A DNA stretch of 64,000 bases from Cycas panzhihuaensis (Eukaryota > Plantae > Cycadophyta): contig CM041465.1 of NCBI GenBank assembly GCA_023213395.1, positions 67,153,741 through 67,217,740 of the forward strand, given 5' to 3'. The notes below the pieces were generated by a model. It was given only the letters and a program-made list of their open reading frames with translations. It was not told where the DNA came from and searched no databases. Position numbers and translations under genes: made by a program. Below are positions 1-14,546 of this stretch, in pieces; positions within the stretch are counted from its first letter, which is position 1, and every line of letters begins with the position of its first letter.

Positions 1-1584
1 TTCCTAACTACCCTCATGTAAGTTTTGAGGGAGAAATGAAGAAACAATCTATATCAGCTTTCTATTCTAACTAACTAAGGAATTACCACTTAACAAATGT
101 TATTTATATTGTCATATAAAATATGGATCAAACTTCTAACAAGTATAAGGCTACTTAACAACCTCAGGTTAAATCCCAAAGTGAGTAAATCCCTCCTAGT
201 AATTATGGCTTTAACACTCGATAAGATAGAAAATCAAATCAAGGGCATAAGACCAACATTCTTACTAAAGCAAGTTGATGCCTCCCAAGGGGTGAATTAA
301 TCTAAGATGATAAAAACATAAAGGCAAAAGTGAAAATAAAGTAGCAAACAAGTAATAACTATGAAACAAATAACAAATAATTGCTAGTATAATTGGTCAT
401 GGACCCACACACTATATATCAATTCCAATTGCCATTTTAATTATGATTGAAATAAAGTAACTCAAATGAGGTATGATATGACAATGATCCTCTTAAGGAA
501 TATGGGAGTAGAATGAACCTCTACTAAGGTCATATCTTTGATTCCCTACTAGGGAGGCTACAGTAAATGGGGCTAGAACCTAGACAACTAGTAAATAATA
601 GCCCTCGATATGAGTAGTGAACTAAAATAGAAATTATGTCAAAATCATATAGTTGAACATGCTAAAATAAAAATTTAAAGGAAAAGGAAAGAATGAAGTG
701 ATAATTACCCGGAAACTATCATTGTGGATTTGTCTTTAGGGGTAATCCCTTATTATGTTTATTTATCTACCTTCTACTACATATAACTCTCATACCATGT
801 TGACATAAATATTCATTTATCATGGCTACAAGATCTAAGAAATCAAGAAGCACACATGAATTTTCAAAAGGAAAATAAAATCAAATAATAAATGAGGCTA
901 TTAGAGAAGCTAGTACATTTGTCCTACAAGAAATAGTGTATAATATTACAATTGGAAACAAAACAATACAAGAATCCCTAAAAATATAAACAAATATTTC
1001 TAATGAATCCTTAGATAAAGGATGGTGATCATATACTAATATGATGCAACCAACAACTCATCGGGAACCCTATTGTAGAGTATGATAGGTATATTTCCAC
1101 CTTTAATGATAGGGTTTCTCAATTCATGAGATTGTGAGGTTAACTAAATGTTTTTAAGATTTTTTTCCAATGTGTTTAGCAAATAGTATGCAAGTTTTGT
1201 TACCTATGATATGTAGATATACCTCCTTTCAAGTCTCTATTCAAATTAATACTCCTCTCATTACAAATTAATAGTGTAATATATGTTGTCTATTTGAATG
1301 GTACTCTCTCTCAAGTCACTCAATTAGTGTGATCCTATCCCCATTCAATAGCTCTTTATTTGATGTTTGAATGATTATTTATTCTCTTCCAAGCACCTTC
1401 ATCTCACACTTCATGTCCTTGTGTTTTTTGTGTATGAGCTCTATAAGCTCTCATCCTTCCTACATTATAAGTCTTACACTCAATGATGCATTCATCCATC
1501 ATTCCTAGTGGCCTCCCTCCCACCATTTTGAGGCTTAATATAGGAACCTTACAACTTCATCTAAAACTACCAAAATTTATTCAA

Positions 1585-1626
1585 TCTTTGAAGACAAAAC
1601 TATTTGAGAAGGGATGGTATGTTATG
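1585..1626 (+). mobile_element. Possible 3' end of a decayed gypsy pol, with polypurine tract (PPT) and start of the 3' LTR
   Basis: ctttgaagacaaaactatttgagaagggatggta followed by tgttatg (TG at 1620) resembles the LEDK...PPT...TG junction of chromovirus-type gypsy elements. No other domain is recognisable. Confidence 0.3.
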
Positions 1627-3045
1627 TCTTATATCGCAATGATAATGTACTTAAAGAAGTTGTCTAAACAACATCTTATGGAAGTCAATACCATATCTCT
1701 AATTATAAATAGAAGCATAAAGGTTGAAGTATTCATTGTATTATCTTAATGTTCTACTCTTTAGGAGGCTTAATCCTTTATTTATGCTCTCGGAGATGTG
1801 ATCTCCAACTTGATGTCTAGTAACATTCTTATTAGAATGCTAGAACCCCCCTTTTGTTGAAAGCAATGGCTATTTTATTTCCTTTCTAAATAGGATGTGA
1901 TCATGAGGTCAACTCAATGATGATTTGGATGCACATGTGATATTTAATATACCTCTCATTATCATGGGATGCTAAAAGGCATGTAAAAATTAAGGATCTA
2001 AAGGAGAATGTAATCATGAGTTAGAAATTGGGGGTTTCTTATATTTTTGGAAGCTTTTTCCTATGGAGAAAGAGTTCATAAAAGAAAGAGCAACACACAT
2101 TTTGTCAACATAAAAGATTAAGGTTAAGAAAGAACTCTTAAAGTTTCTAAATAAATAATAACATTTACCCCTTGATCTTCTAATAAATTGTTATTAAAAA
2201 GGAAATTATTCTTTAATTTTAGGCTCAAATGAACACAATCTATAAATGCACTCAATCTTAGCCACAAGATGTTTTCTTTCTATTATGAGTTCATAGGAAT
2301 AGACCCTAAGTTATTGCATGGTGAATTTCAAGCTATGTGACATATGAAGAAGAATATACCTAAGTGGAATAATGTTATCATTAAAATATAGAGCTAAATT
2401 GACTAGTTGGGGATGTCCAACTGACCTAAAGAAATGCCAAATAAATATCTTATGTGATATCTTTATTAATATCTCTCTTTAAAAGATTGAGATTTAAGTT
2501 ATAAAGGGAGTTTGATATGGGACAAAATTTATTTATAAAAATCATAATAGTGTACAATAAATTCCAAAATTCAACATACCACCATGTAGATCCATTATTA
2601 TGATCGACTTGGGTTATACCATTTGAAGGCTACTATATATATGACATTGTACATATTAGAAACAATCCCAAACATGGTTGCTACCCTAAGATGATGCACC
2701 CTACTCTTTTCTTCTATAATACAATGAGGCACAATGATTTTAACCTTGATGTTCTTTAACATCAAAATGGCTTACACTTTCTTAATTTGCATCAAATCCA
2801 TAAAGAATAAACTAGACTCACACCTTAGTACCAAGAAGGACTTATAGGCTTGGTCAAAGTATTAAAAAATATTATTTTTGTGGAGATACTCTAAAGATAC
2901 ATATGAAAACATTCTCTCCAAAATAAAACATGAAACATACCCTTTAACAAATCTATTTTGTCATGATGGTTGCATTAAGAATTTTGAATTCACTCTAATA
3001 CCATTTTAAATTATTTATAATAACTTATTCGGAATTGTGAAATTA

Positions 3046-6000
3046 TGTAGGATATTATATATTCGCATGATTAATCAAGTATATCATGAACATAATAAAT
3101 GAAAAGGACAAAGTCATAAGAGACAATAATATAAACATCATGTGTACATCATGCTTAATGTGGAAAACCTATGACTGAGAAAAATCACCTCTAAATATTT
3201 ATAAGATACCATGTTAAGATGAATAATGATGAGTCATTCTATCCTTATAAGGAGGAATATGTGATTTGGTTTTGTTTACAATAAATATTGTCCTTATATA
3301 GTTGTGTAATCTCATCATCAACTAATCATATCTTACTATTATATCAATTGATATAATCATGTGTATAGAAACTCTCATATAATCCAAAATTAACTTTAAC
3401 TTGTTAATCACTAATTAAACATTACTCATTGATATTCATGAATTTCAACATTCTAATGCTTCAATTTTTAAATATTCCAACACCATCCCTTAATGCTTAA
3501 TTCTAGACTTTTAAATGTCTTTATGTCTTCAACCTATATTTTAATCTTCATGTCTTTATATCTTCATACCAAATCACCTACTCATGTGTATCTTCATTTT
3601 ACATATATCACCTATAAATTAATCTACGAAACTTATCTTCATCATACTTGTCTCCATCAAGTAAATCTTGACAACAATGTATTATATCAACCTATAATCA
3701 AATATATAAATTCAACCACCTATGAAACCTATAAACCATCATCAGTCAACTAATAAATAATCATAATTTATGACTTTCAACTTATCATGATATATGAAGT
3801 TTTACTCCTCATTAACTTTATATCTTCATGCGTAAAGCTAAAATAATTAACACTTTCAACTCTATCAACTCAGAATCTTGTAAACCAAAATGATTACCGA
3901 TGTCTATATAAAATAATAACCATTTATCAAAAAGCATAGACAAGTGATATTTATAATCATTATTTCTACAGGAAGTGTTTCTTATACATAGTTCATTAAT
4001 ATATAAAGTGAAATATCAAAACAACATTAGGTATTAAGCTAATATGTTATACAAGAATAACATCATTCTATCTTATGTCTTGCATAAGAGAAAACTTATG
4101 TGTGTTACCTCCATTGATGCTTTTGCACATATCTTTTGTAGCTTTTGTTTGGTAACCAAATAATCTCACCAACAAACTAAACTAAATAACTATCTTTGGG
4201 AACAAGGCATACCACCTAAGCAAGTCAAGCTAGTTATAACAAGTTAATATAAAGAATATATTTCCATGCCTCTTATCATATAGGAAATGTCAAATTTCTT
4301 AGTAATAAAAATATATCAACTAGACATCTTAACAATTAAATTTTGGTATGCCAAGTTATGAATATACATGACTCTTCCATGCCTCATAAACATGTGGAAA
4401 TAATTGAAAAACTCAACAACTAACTAGAAACAATAGATCCTTTAACAACATCAATTAAGTGATATCACTAAAAATCATTCATTAATATATATAGTCAACA
4501 AATTAGATGATCATATACTCATAAAACTATTAAATGATGTTAAATGTATTTTATTAATGATGTGTATCACTACATCAAAAGTGTAAATACTTGAGGGGAA
4601 TCTTTAACATATCCAACACATATGTCTCACATTCAATATCAAACAGGTTCCCACATTTTTTTTAAGACTTAGAATCTCATAAATAATCCTTGAATGAGTT
4701 TATTTTCAACCAAATTTAAATTCACATTCATTATTAATCATCCATTTATATCAACATAAACTCATGAGCCTTCAAAATCTTCAAAAAGTGCCAAATCATC
4801 CCTCAAATTTCTCAAAATTTACAATTGTTAATATGTCAAAATTAAACCACTCAAGTTTAACCATTAAAATCTTATTCATGCATGCTCCAAAATATGCTTT
4901 GTGACTACTTCTTTTGACCCTTTTTTAGTACTCTTTCTAATGAAACTAATGTATTAAAAATTAGACTATGTACAAAAATATTATAATCAAAATATTATCA
5001 ATATTCAATATAAAAAAGTTATAATTAAGATATTGTCAATATATCATAAAAAAATCAATACCTACTTTAATATTTGATTAGCCCCTTTTCCATTTAGGTT
5101 GTAGTCACATTAGGACTTCATGTGACAATGCAATTTATCTAAGGGGCTTAAGTAGATCTAAAATCACATTCTAATCTAGTTCATTGCAATTCAAACATTG
5201 AAAAAGATAATTTCCATATCCAAAATAAATTTGTTGATGTAGGATTAGGGTTTTCAACAATTTTTATATGTAGTGCGTAACTTAATGATTAAATCCAAAG
5301 GTAGGCATAAACTTATCGATTGAAATCGATGAAATAGGATTAAATCTAGATTGTCGACTCTCCATAGTGATGAAGAAATGAATTAAAATAAAACATTTTC
5401 TAACCATTGTGGTGGCGCAAGGTTGTATATTGTTACTAAATAAAAAAATACTAATATCACTCTAACCAATCAATTAGATAAATGAATAATTAAGCATGCT
5501 ATGATTTTATCCACTTTTGTACAAATCCTTTAATATGTGATATGATATAGTAGATGATTCAATGATTATATAAGTAAGGATGACGAGAAAATTTACAATT
5601 ACTATATACCACTAAATTGAGACTAATCATCAATGGGAGGATCACTTAACAATGATATAAATATGAACAAGGCATGAAATTTAATGGTAGTATATATCTC
5701 CATTAGCATTACTACATTATGATTATGTAGACTAAATAATGGGAAATTTCTCTGTTTTATCTTTTGTGGGAAATTGAATATATGTCTTTACTCTGTGCAT
5801 TTTCATTCAATGGGTAGAAATTATATAAAACTATATTTTTCTATAAGTTTGTTCAGTGATTCTCTATGTACTCTTCAATGGTAAATACTCATGCATTCAA
5901 ACACCTCTACTAAGTAATCGAAGCCATTTGTCAAATTTTACCTATATCATAAACTCTAAGAATTTATACATAGATTTGTTACCAATAGTCTATCATTTAT

Positions 6001-7770
6001 CATTTTTTCATTTTCATCTCCACCCTATTTCACATATATGTTTTTATCTAGATGTTATTGATCTCCATAAGTGATAGTGCATCATTGATAGATAAACTTA
6101 TTAGGCCAATGGACTACATTTCTTCAAAAATAACTTCACATAACATAATTTCATTTTATATCATGACAATACCAATTTCTTAATAATGGAATAAGGTGAA
6201 ACCCTCATTAATGCTATAGTATAAAATTTTTGTATAGTATAAATCCTTAATATATCACCACTAATCACTACAAGCCTTGAACTTATCATATTAAATACAA
6301 ATCCTTAATCATACGCATCATGCTTATGCCATAATATCTTCATATGTTACTAAATTTTATCAAAGATGAAACTCTAGCGTGCTTGTAAAAATAGATCTGA
6401 CATAGACACCACACATGATAAAATCCTAATTTCATTATTTTTAGTTCAAACCTTTATCATACCTTTAGGTCACTTATTAAATTTCTTATAATGGTTCCTT
6501 ATTTGCATATTAGTCTACCGCATATGAACTAGTATAGGCATGTTGCCTATATCACTTATATTAATGGAGTACTAGCTACTAACTTCTCATCTCACTCTTA
6601 TAGGGCGATCAATCATATTTAGATAATCTCTTATGGATGTACCATCAAGCACCTACATGTTTAAGAATATGTGAGCTCCACATACATAATAAATATCCAT
6701 AGTAAGAAAATAAATGTATATTATATATTAGTATGATATCCTTTATTCAATAGTATATGACTCTATTATGTGGCTCTTTTCAATTTCATCATACCTCTTT
6801 ATCAGTTATATCTCATCAATATAATTAGTTTTTGGCTTCAAATCAACCTTTAATATTGGCTTTATATAATAACTCATATTAGTTATTACTAGGTCATGTT
6901 TAGGACTTTCTCTATCATTATCAACCTACTTCTACTTCTATTAAGTGTTGAGAAGACAAGGTCCCAATAACCAAAAAATGCCACCAATATCTAAACTATT
7001 TTACAATTAGTTACAGGAATCAAAACTAAAATTTAACATGCAAGTTCTTAAACTAGAGATAATACAATAAAATGAATTAGAAAGCCAAAGCATCACATAT
7101 ACACTCAATATGATATGGTAAAACCCTAGCACTATGCTAGGGAAACATCCACATAGGAAAGGTGTGGATCTTTATTATGAAAGAATAGAGAAATATATAT
7201 AATCTGTAATAGAATGCTCACAACAACAACAACCAGTCACCCAACTCTTCATAATACATCCAATACATCGAACACCATCAACATAATGAAAAAACACCTT
7301 AAATCAAGCTATATGAGAAAGTCATACAAGGCATAAATATTGACCATAGAATCTAGAGTATTTTAAGTGAACGACTATGATTCTCTTTACAATTTAGTAT
7401 GCTTTTCAGTGCTAGATTTTTGGGTTAGGGGCTATCGTCCCTGAATCCTCTCTTTGTTCAGGGGAGGGGGGGTTCCAACACCTCTAGCACCCCCTAGCGA
7501 AGGGGGCTCCCACCCTACTTGGAACCCCACGAGGAAGTTTTGAGGGGGGAACCGTGTTACCAACCTATCAAAATTTTAGCCTCCAAAACATTATTGTCAC
7601 ATTATTTAATACTAAGTGACTTTAATCAACATTCATTAGGGCTTGCTTCACCTATGATATAGGATCTTTCATAACTTTAACACTTTGATAGTTCACTCTA
7701 GCTCTAAACTTCACCTTCAATATTTTAACATCCAAATACTTAAATATTTGAATGTTGCAATATTCCAATA
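3046..7770 (-). mobile_element. Highly decayed LTR retrotransposon remnant with copia-like termini
   Basis: Candidate LTR at 3046-3482 (tgtaggatatt...aatattccaaca), followed by ccatccctt, a minus-strand PPT (aagggatgg). A similar LTR end recurs at ~7720-7770 (ttttaacatccaaatact...aatattccaata). Internal domains are too decayed to assign and no TSD was found. Confidence 0.4.
6946..7611 (-). mobile_element. Solo LTR of Ty1/copia family A
   Basis: It is the reverse complement of the LTRs at 25320-25974 and 51991-52621 over its whole length. Termini are tgttgag...tttaata (decayed CA). Flanked by a near-perfect 5-bp TSD, ttaag (6941-6945) / ctaag (7612-7616). Confidence 0.9.
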
Positions 7771-10669
7771 GGTTGTATATTAAAGTTGAGAAAAGTGAAC
7801 TATGTCCATAGGTCTATGTTACTCAAAACTTTAATTTCCTTAACAATTCCATGTTTTTGAAACTCAAAATTTTAGAAGTACCTTAAAAGCTTTGACAAAT
7901 GCTCCTTCAAAAAAATTTAGGTTATTTTGGTTTCCTAGAAATATTTTCTTAACATTTTAACCTAAAAAGCATGCTTTTAGTCATGTTTACAATTGAAAAT
8001 TTCCATGTGTATGGCTTACATAGAAAGAGACCTCTCCTAATAAACACCCTTATTAATAAGTATTAAAGTAACATATATAATTAAAAATATTAATAATTTA
8101 ATTATTCAAATTATTACACCTTGATTTTTAATGCATGCATATATTTTTTTTATTATTTTTGTATGCATAATTTAATACATATTCATTTTTAATATATATT
8201 TTTTAAAACTCTAATAATTCTTATTCTTTTATTTTTTTTTCGTTAAATTTATTTATTGTTTAAATTTTATTTCCATAATTTTGGTAATGTAACCTTATCT
8301 ATATATAAACCAAAATAACCTCCACATATTAAATTGACCTCTCCCACACTAAAATAAATAAAAGGAGGAGGAGAATAACACCTTAGCAAGGGCCTCCTTA
8401 AGGTGTTGAAAATTCCAACTTTAGCTTTACCAAGGACTAGAAAAAGATTCTTGTTATCATGAAATTAGGTTAAAGAAAAATCAACTCTAGGTTCCTTTAG
8501 AGTTTTACAGAGAAGGTGATAAAACTTTTATACTTTAAATGGAACCATCCTCCCACAAGGTAACCTCTCCACTTCACTGGTCTTGTTAATCAATATAAGA
8601 CCTAATATTATAGGAGAAAGACAAAATTCTTATTTAACCCCATTGATGATATGAACCTCTATAAAAAAGCATGTGCCATACAAATCCATTTGAATGTTGT
8701 ATCATATGAGATCATCATAGCCAAGATGATGCTTTGTGAAAAACTTGAAGCATGAGGCTTTTCCAAAAAAATGATGTAATGGAAGTGAGTTAAAAGCCTT
8801 TTTGAAAATCTATGAAACAATAGTATATTTTCAAATGGGGGCTTTTTATTTCTCTTATTTTATTTAGATAGAAAAAATGTATATATTTATTATCATCTAA
8901 ATAATAGAGAGTGAATATCAAAAGCTATGATAGAACTAACCCAACAAAACAAGAAATAAGACTACTATTTCCTCTCTACATATAAACGAATGCCAAATGA
9001 AAAGACTGATAATAGATATATAAACCACCAAAATTAATAAGTTAACTAAAAGAAGTAGGAGTCTTGTAGTCCTCTTGCCTACATATCCACTCTTGCATTA
9101 GCCAAGTAATTTGTCTATGTATTAAATGCTCTAAGCACATGCATGAGTTTTATATCATAGAAATAAAAACGTGGCAAAGTAGACTAATTGATAAGCACCT
9201 TAACAATAACTTATTATGGTATTCATTGGCTATCAATGAAATTAGCCAATAGAAGGGAATCTCTCACCACCTACATATGAGAAATACGATGATCTTTGGT
9301 AAGCATGTCCTCTAATTGAGTCATGAAACTTTGTATTATTAGTAGTAACATGACCTAAATCCTATGAGAACTCTTATATCACTAATCCCTTCTCATTGAT
9401 AATAACTCCTTCTCCTACTTTTCCTAGGTTTCCCTTAGAGGTTCCATTAAAGTAGAATAATAAATAACCCTCTAGAATCAAAGGAGGAGAAAGGTTTGAC
9501 CTTTTTCTTTTTAACTTGAAGGGTAGTGAGATTTGATTGGAATAAAAAGAAGCTACATAAAATCTCTCATATGATATGTAAGCTTGGTAGTGTTTAAGAT
9601 CGATAGATCTAAAGTTTTAGTTGCTAATCTAAAGAGTACCACATATTTGTTCCAACATTTGGAAGGAGAAATTAACCTGTATTAGAATAAGCTTCCATTC
9701 CTAACAAGTTAAATCTATGATGGAACAAATCTTGATAACAAAGATATTTCAATGCTAGCTTTCCCTTTATAGAATGTGGATATTTGTTTACCCATCCTTC
9801 TACAAGCCATTTGTAATTATAAAAGCATTAAAAATTCTATTACTAATACATAAATGGCGTTCTTCCATACCTATTACATATACTGGCAAGCTATAAAGAG
9901 ATGTTATATATGCTCCATATCACATTTACAAAGTGATCACCAAATGGTCCCATAATTCCCCTCTTAATTGGATTTTTCACATTATAAAATTAGAAGAAAG
10001 TATTTACTTTAGCAATAGTATGGTATTACCCCAAAGTTTTCCATTTTTATTTAGAGGTAATTACATCACTTTTTTCTTGCTTAAATAACCTAAGATAACA
10101 TGCATGCATATTATACTCTCTTATACTAGAAAAGCTTCCTTAAATAATAATGTCCTCCTAATCTATAATAATTATTTTCCTAGATCAAGTATATTAAGCA
10201 AATAAGAATAATCCTAGTAATGGTAAGAACCTAGTAACTACCATTGCATAATAGGTTTTAACTTTCATATTAACAAACATGGATTCTCCCTAATATCTCT
10301 AGAGAAGAAGAAATAAAAAACCTATAATATACCTTAGCTTTGCAATCATTACCAAATGTTGGATACTTGATTACTACTTTGTAGTGATGATATTCCATGA
10401 ATAACATCCATCTAAAGATTATCTCTACATCCATTACTAAGCCTCCATGAGTAGTCTTCTTTAAAGGAAGCCATTATATCACACATATATAGATAAGTAG
10501 TTGACCCTTCTCTACCCTTGAATTTCTTTAAGAGAATTCAATAAATATGATCTCCATATAAATACTTGGTAGTGGAGTAATTATTGGAGCACATGACACT
10601 AACTACCATGAGGAAGTCCTCTTCCTAAATCACCTTGAGGCTTTTGGTGTAACGATGGCCCGTGACAAG

Positions 10670-10681
10670 TGGTATCAGAGC
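10670..10681 (+). promoter_or_regulatory. Primer-binding site (tRNA-iMet) of the TRIM
   Basis: tggtatcagagc, 2 nt after the 5' LTR; the canonical plant initiator-Met PBS. Confidence 0.92.
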
Positions 10682-10808
10682 AACCAGGGTTCAAAATCGG
10701 TCATGTATACTGTAGTAACACACCCGGAGATACATGAAGGTATTGGGGGTGGCATCAAGGAATGCCATGGTGGACATGCATGCCATATAAGCATAGTTGA
10801 AACCTCAT

Positions 10809-10818
10809 GATAGGGGAG
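10809..10818 (+). promoter_or_regulatory. Polypurine tract of the TRIM
   Basis: gataggggag immediately before the 3' LTR; identical in the second copy (16118-16127). Confidence 0.88.
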
Positions 10819-13800
10819 TTTTGGAGCACATGACACTAACTATTACGAGTAAGTCTTCTTCCCAAATCACCCTAGGGGTTTTGGTGTAACGACGGCCCAT
10901 GACAGTAATACTACCATATATAATCTTGATCTAAAATAAAAATCCATAACAACTTAGCTCTATATGCTTTGGAAAATAAAGAAAGTCTTTAAACTCTTAA
11001 TACCTCCTCAAAGTTGGGCCTACATATTTTCTTTTGAGAAAGTAAATAAAGTTTCTTCCTTTCCCCTTCTTATGCTCCTTTCTAAATAAAATCTTATAAA
11101 ATTTACTCTAATCTACTAAGTATCCCATTAGGGAGATATAAAATGGACATTAAATATAAAATAATTATAGACAAAACTAAGCAGATAAGTTACACTCTAC
11201 CACCTATGAGTCCATTTAATTAATATTTGATTAACAAGATCTATAATCGAAGCTTACTCATGCTTCAAAGTCTTTCTTGGCCCAATTAATGTTCCTAAAT
11301 AATGGAAAAAGAATTTAGGATCTCTATTTTTGAATCTAAATACTTAATAAAGCTTATGTGAAATCTTTTAAGAGTAATTATAGGTAATAAACATGGATTT
11401 ATATGCATTGATTTTGACTCCTCTTCTAAGGCAAAATATATTTAAAATTTCACTGATATTATTTTCCTCTTGGATGGATGCACATTCTAATAATAACATA
11501 TCATAAAAAATATATAACTAAGAGAGACAAACTTTATTAGGAGATATTGAGATCTCCTAAATACTTCCCTCTTTCATTACATGCTTCAATACCTAACCCC
11601 AAGTCTTATGCATGAGAATATAGAGAGATGGGGATAAAGGGAATCCCTACTAAATTTCATGACTGCTATGAAAGAAATCATATGGAAATTCATTCACCAA
11701 AACTGAGTGTGAGCTTGTGTTAATGCACTCACTTACCCATTAAGTTTGTTATATAGAAAACCCTAATTCATCCAAACTTAAAGAAGGAAACTATTGATAA
11801 TTGCCTTTATACCATCCAAAAATTCCTTATACTCAATAAAGACCATGGTATACTATGTTCAATGCTAATGTAAGGGCAATGACAATAGTAGGAGTTACAA
11901 ACCTATTATTTCTATAAAGGTGTTTTCTTTCATAAAATTGTGTAAAGATATATATCTTTTGTGTTTAGGATTTTTTAAAATTTATAAGGATTAACCAAAT
12001 GATGAAATGAATGGTAATATGCCCAAGATATTAATGTTGTAAGTTGATAAAAGTGAGTAGACCATCCTTGCCAAATCAATCACTTATTAACTCATAAGTT
12101 TTTAGATGCAAGGACCTTAAAACGATGAATATAAAAGCAAATGACCAATTGAATGGAATGATACTATTAATCATCCCCTCAACCATCTGTTTTATAAAAT
12201 ATAAAGAACAAAATAGTGATAAAGAGTGCAAGTTTTATATTGATTTCATAAAGATGTATAAGCATACTACCCATGTTAAGAAATTTAGACTATGACTAAA
12301 ACATCAAGATACAACCACTACCTAAGTTTAATAGAAGCAACGTTGAAGTACCTTTGAGCTTCTTAACTCATCAATTAATCCAACTAAATCACTAAATAAA
12401 TTAAACAATCATGGTATCATAATGGTAGAATTATAGAAAATTAAAGGACTCCATTACATATTTACCTTAAGAAGCACACAATACCATTGTATTAGGAAAC
12501 ATATGCATTCATCAACTAGTTGCTAAAGTATATTTTCCAAATGTTTAATAAATTTGTATATTAAATTATATCATAATTCCCCATATACCATCACTACATG
12601 GAGCTAAATAAGTGTCTAATACATTGAGATATATGAAGCTGACCAATCTACATAAAATTGCATAAGCCAATATGACCATGAAATCCAAGTGCAAACTAAT
12701 AATCTTGTGGCGATAACAAGTTTATAAAGAGATATTTTAGGAGCATTGCTACCTAGAAATTCTTATCATAAACTAGTAGCCACTTGAGAAGACATGATCT
12801 AATAGTTCACAGTTTCTACCTAGTTTATATTTCCATTGTTGTTTGGATTCTTTCCACAATGTAAGATTCATAATTAGTTTTATTACAATAATATGCAAAG
12901 CTCATAAGTTGAATATATCATTAGAGTCTAAAGGGTGAGGAGGGCAAATAACACTGAATAAAGGTAAATATAAAAGAGAACAATGAAGAAAATAAATGAA
13001 AGGTAAAGGGAAGAATAACCAATTAAGCTAGGAGAAGTCTCTCTTTCTCTTGATGTCTTTAGATTATGCACCATGTAGTTCCATGGGTGTTTGAGCTCTT
13101 TAGTAAGCCATGATTGCAAGGTCTTATATATTCCTCTAAGCTGACAACCATTATTATTCAAATTATGTAGTTGCATGGCATGTTATTTAAGGCCTAAAAA
13201 TAACATTCCTAAGACCTTTCTCCAAGGATTGGTTGGAGTATACACCTACATATATAATAAACTTTTGCTTATGCAGAATCTACTTGTTATAAGTCACCCA
13301 ATAAAGGCCATTAATTATAGCCCCATAAGTTATACTAGTTTAGTAGATTTGATTTCATCATATTCTCATATAATGTATAAATCAAGTGATGCAATGCCTT
13401 TCTAAGATTTACAAAACACGCTATCATAATTAAAATTGAGTAATCTTATTAGAGGCCTACTCTCTCAACTTGTTTGTTATACTATCTCCACCTTATACTT
13501 CATCTCTATACCATGATTCATGTGAATCAAAAGTATAGATATGCAAAATCAAGCAAAACTATGGTTATTAGTAGGCCTACGTATTATGAAATAGGATTAT
13601 ATAGTGTATAATAATTATGAAACATAAGTATATAGAATGAGATTTCTTTCATTTATCCCCTCTTTCAAGGTAGGCAATTTGCTAGTTAAATTTCCCCCTT
13701 ACTAGAAACCCACACTTCCTTATATTTATTTTATAACGTGTTCACACCAAAGTCAATGTGAAGTAATTACAATCTAATGATTCATAATAGCGATGGCTCT

Positions 13801-14546
13801 ATCATTTTCCCATTTCTATTCATTATTTTCCTTGATTTAATGCCATGTTCCATCCAATTAATGTCCTACAATGGATCTTATTCTCCACTCACCTCCCATG
13901 AGGGAAATGATGATAAGGAGTAGAAGTAAATTAATACCTAATTAGATGTGTGGTTGTAAGCCCACTACTTCTATATTTTACAAACTAATATTGTATTAAT
14001 TATTAGATTATGTCATCTTATAATGTATCTATCCTTTAGGCAGAATATTGAACAGGTGGTGATGACCTAGACTAGTTGCCACATGTTGGTCATCATACTA
14101 AATTCATCTCTTCCTTCATTATTTCCTTAATTAACCCCACCTCTCATCTGATAAGTTAGCCATCATTTTGGTAATCTCTTTATATAGAATTAGAATTAGT
14201 TGTAGTGTAACCAATTATTTAAAGTACTGGAATATTCATTTTTACTAATATTGATGTAATGTTTAATTAATAAGCTAAGGTTATCATTAATCGATATTAA
14301 AATATAATTTTATAATGATGAAGTTATCCATCTATATAAGGATAATATTTATTATAATTAAAAGTAGATCATCTAATTTTCCTTACAAGGATAAGATGAC
14401 TCACCATGTGGTTTATTGGTTACTCTTCTTAATATGAACTCTCATAGATATTTGGAGGTAGTTTTTCCTATTCATGGATTTTTTACATTAAACATGGTAT
14501 ATATAAAGTGTATGCATTATAATTCTTATACCCTTTGGTTCTATAG

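Larger units (their letters stand above)
10582..10904 (+). mobile_element. Complete TRIM (terminal-repeat retrotransposon in miniature), 323 bp
   Basis: Two 86-bp direct repeats (10582-10667, 10819-10904) ending in tgaca, a PBS, a PPT, a non-coding interior and a perfect 5-bp TSD gtaat (10577-10581 / 10905-10909). Confidence 0.93.
8843..11870 (-). mobile_element. Decayed, 5'-truncated plant L1 LINE (RT and C-terminal RNase H-like domain)
   Basis: Minus-strand translation of ~11625-11740 gives WVSECINTSSHSVLVNEFPYDFFHSSHEI**GFPLSP, matching the L1 RT motif ...SVLVNG.P..FF...RGLRQGDPLSP. ~9410-9456 gives YFNGTSKGNLGKVG, matching FDGASKGNPG of the L1 RNase H. A decayed poly(A) tail appears as a T-rich run at 8843-8865. 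The 5' boundary is approximate. Confidence 0.78.

Noticed and set aside
2300-2700. Possible copia RT scraps (e.g. YIYDIVHIRNNP resembling YVDDIVITG)
   Set aside because: Too short and decayed to support boundaries or a confident call.
97-6074. Short ORFs as host genes
   Set aside because: Low-complexity I/L/Y/N/K-rich translations typical of AT-rich non-coding DNA; no domains or exon structure.
10582-10667. TRIM LTR as a Cassandra (5S rRNA-bearing) element, because of the (tcc)tgaggaagtcct motif
   Set aside because: Only a ~14-nt gapped resemblance to the 5S 3' end; no A box or C box domain.
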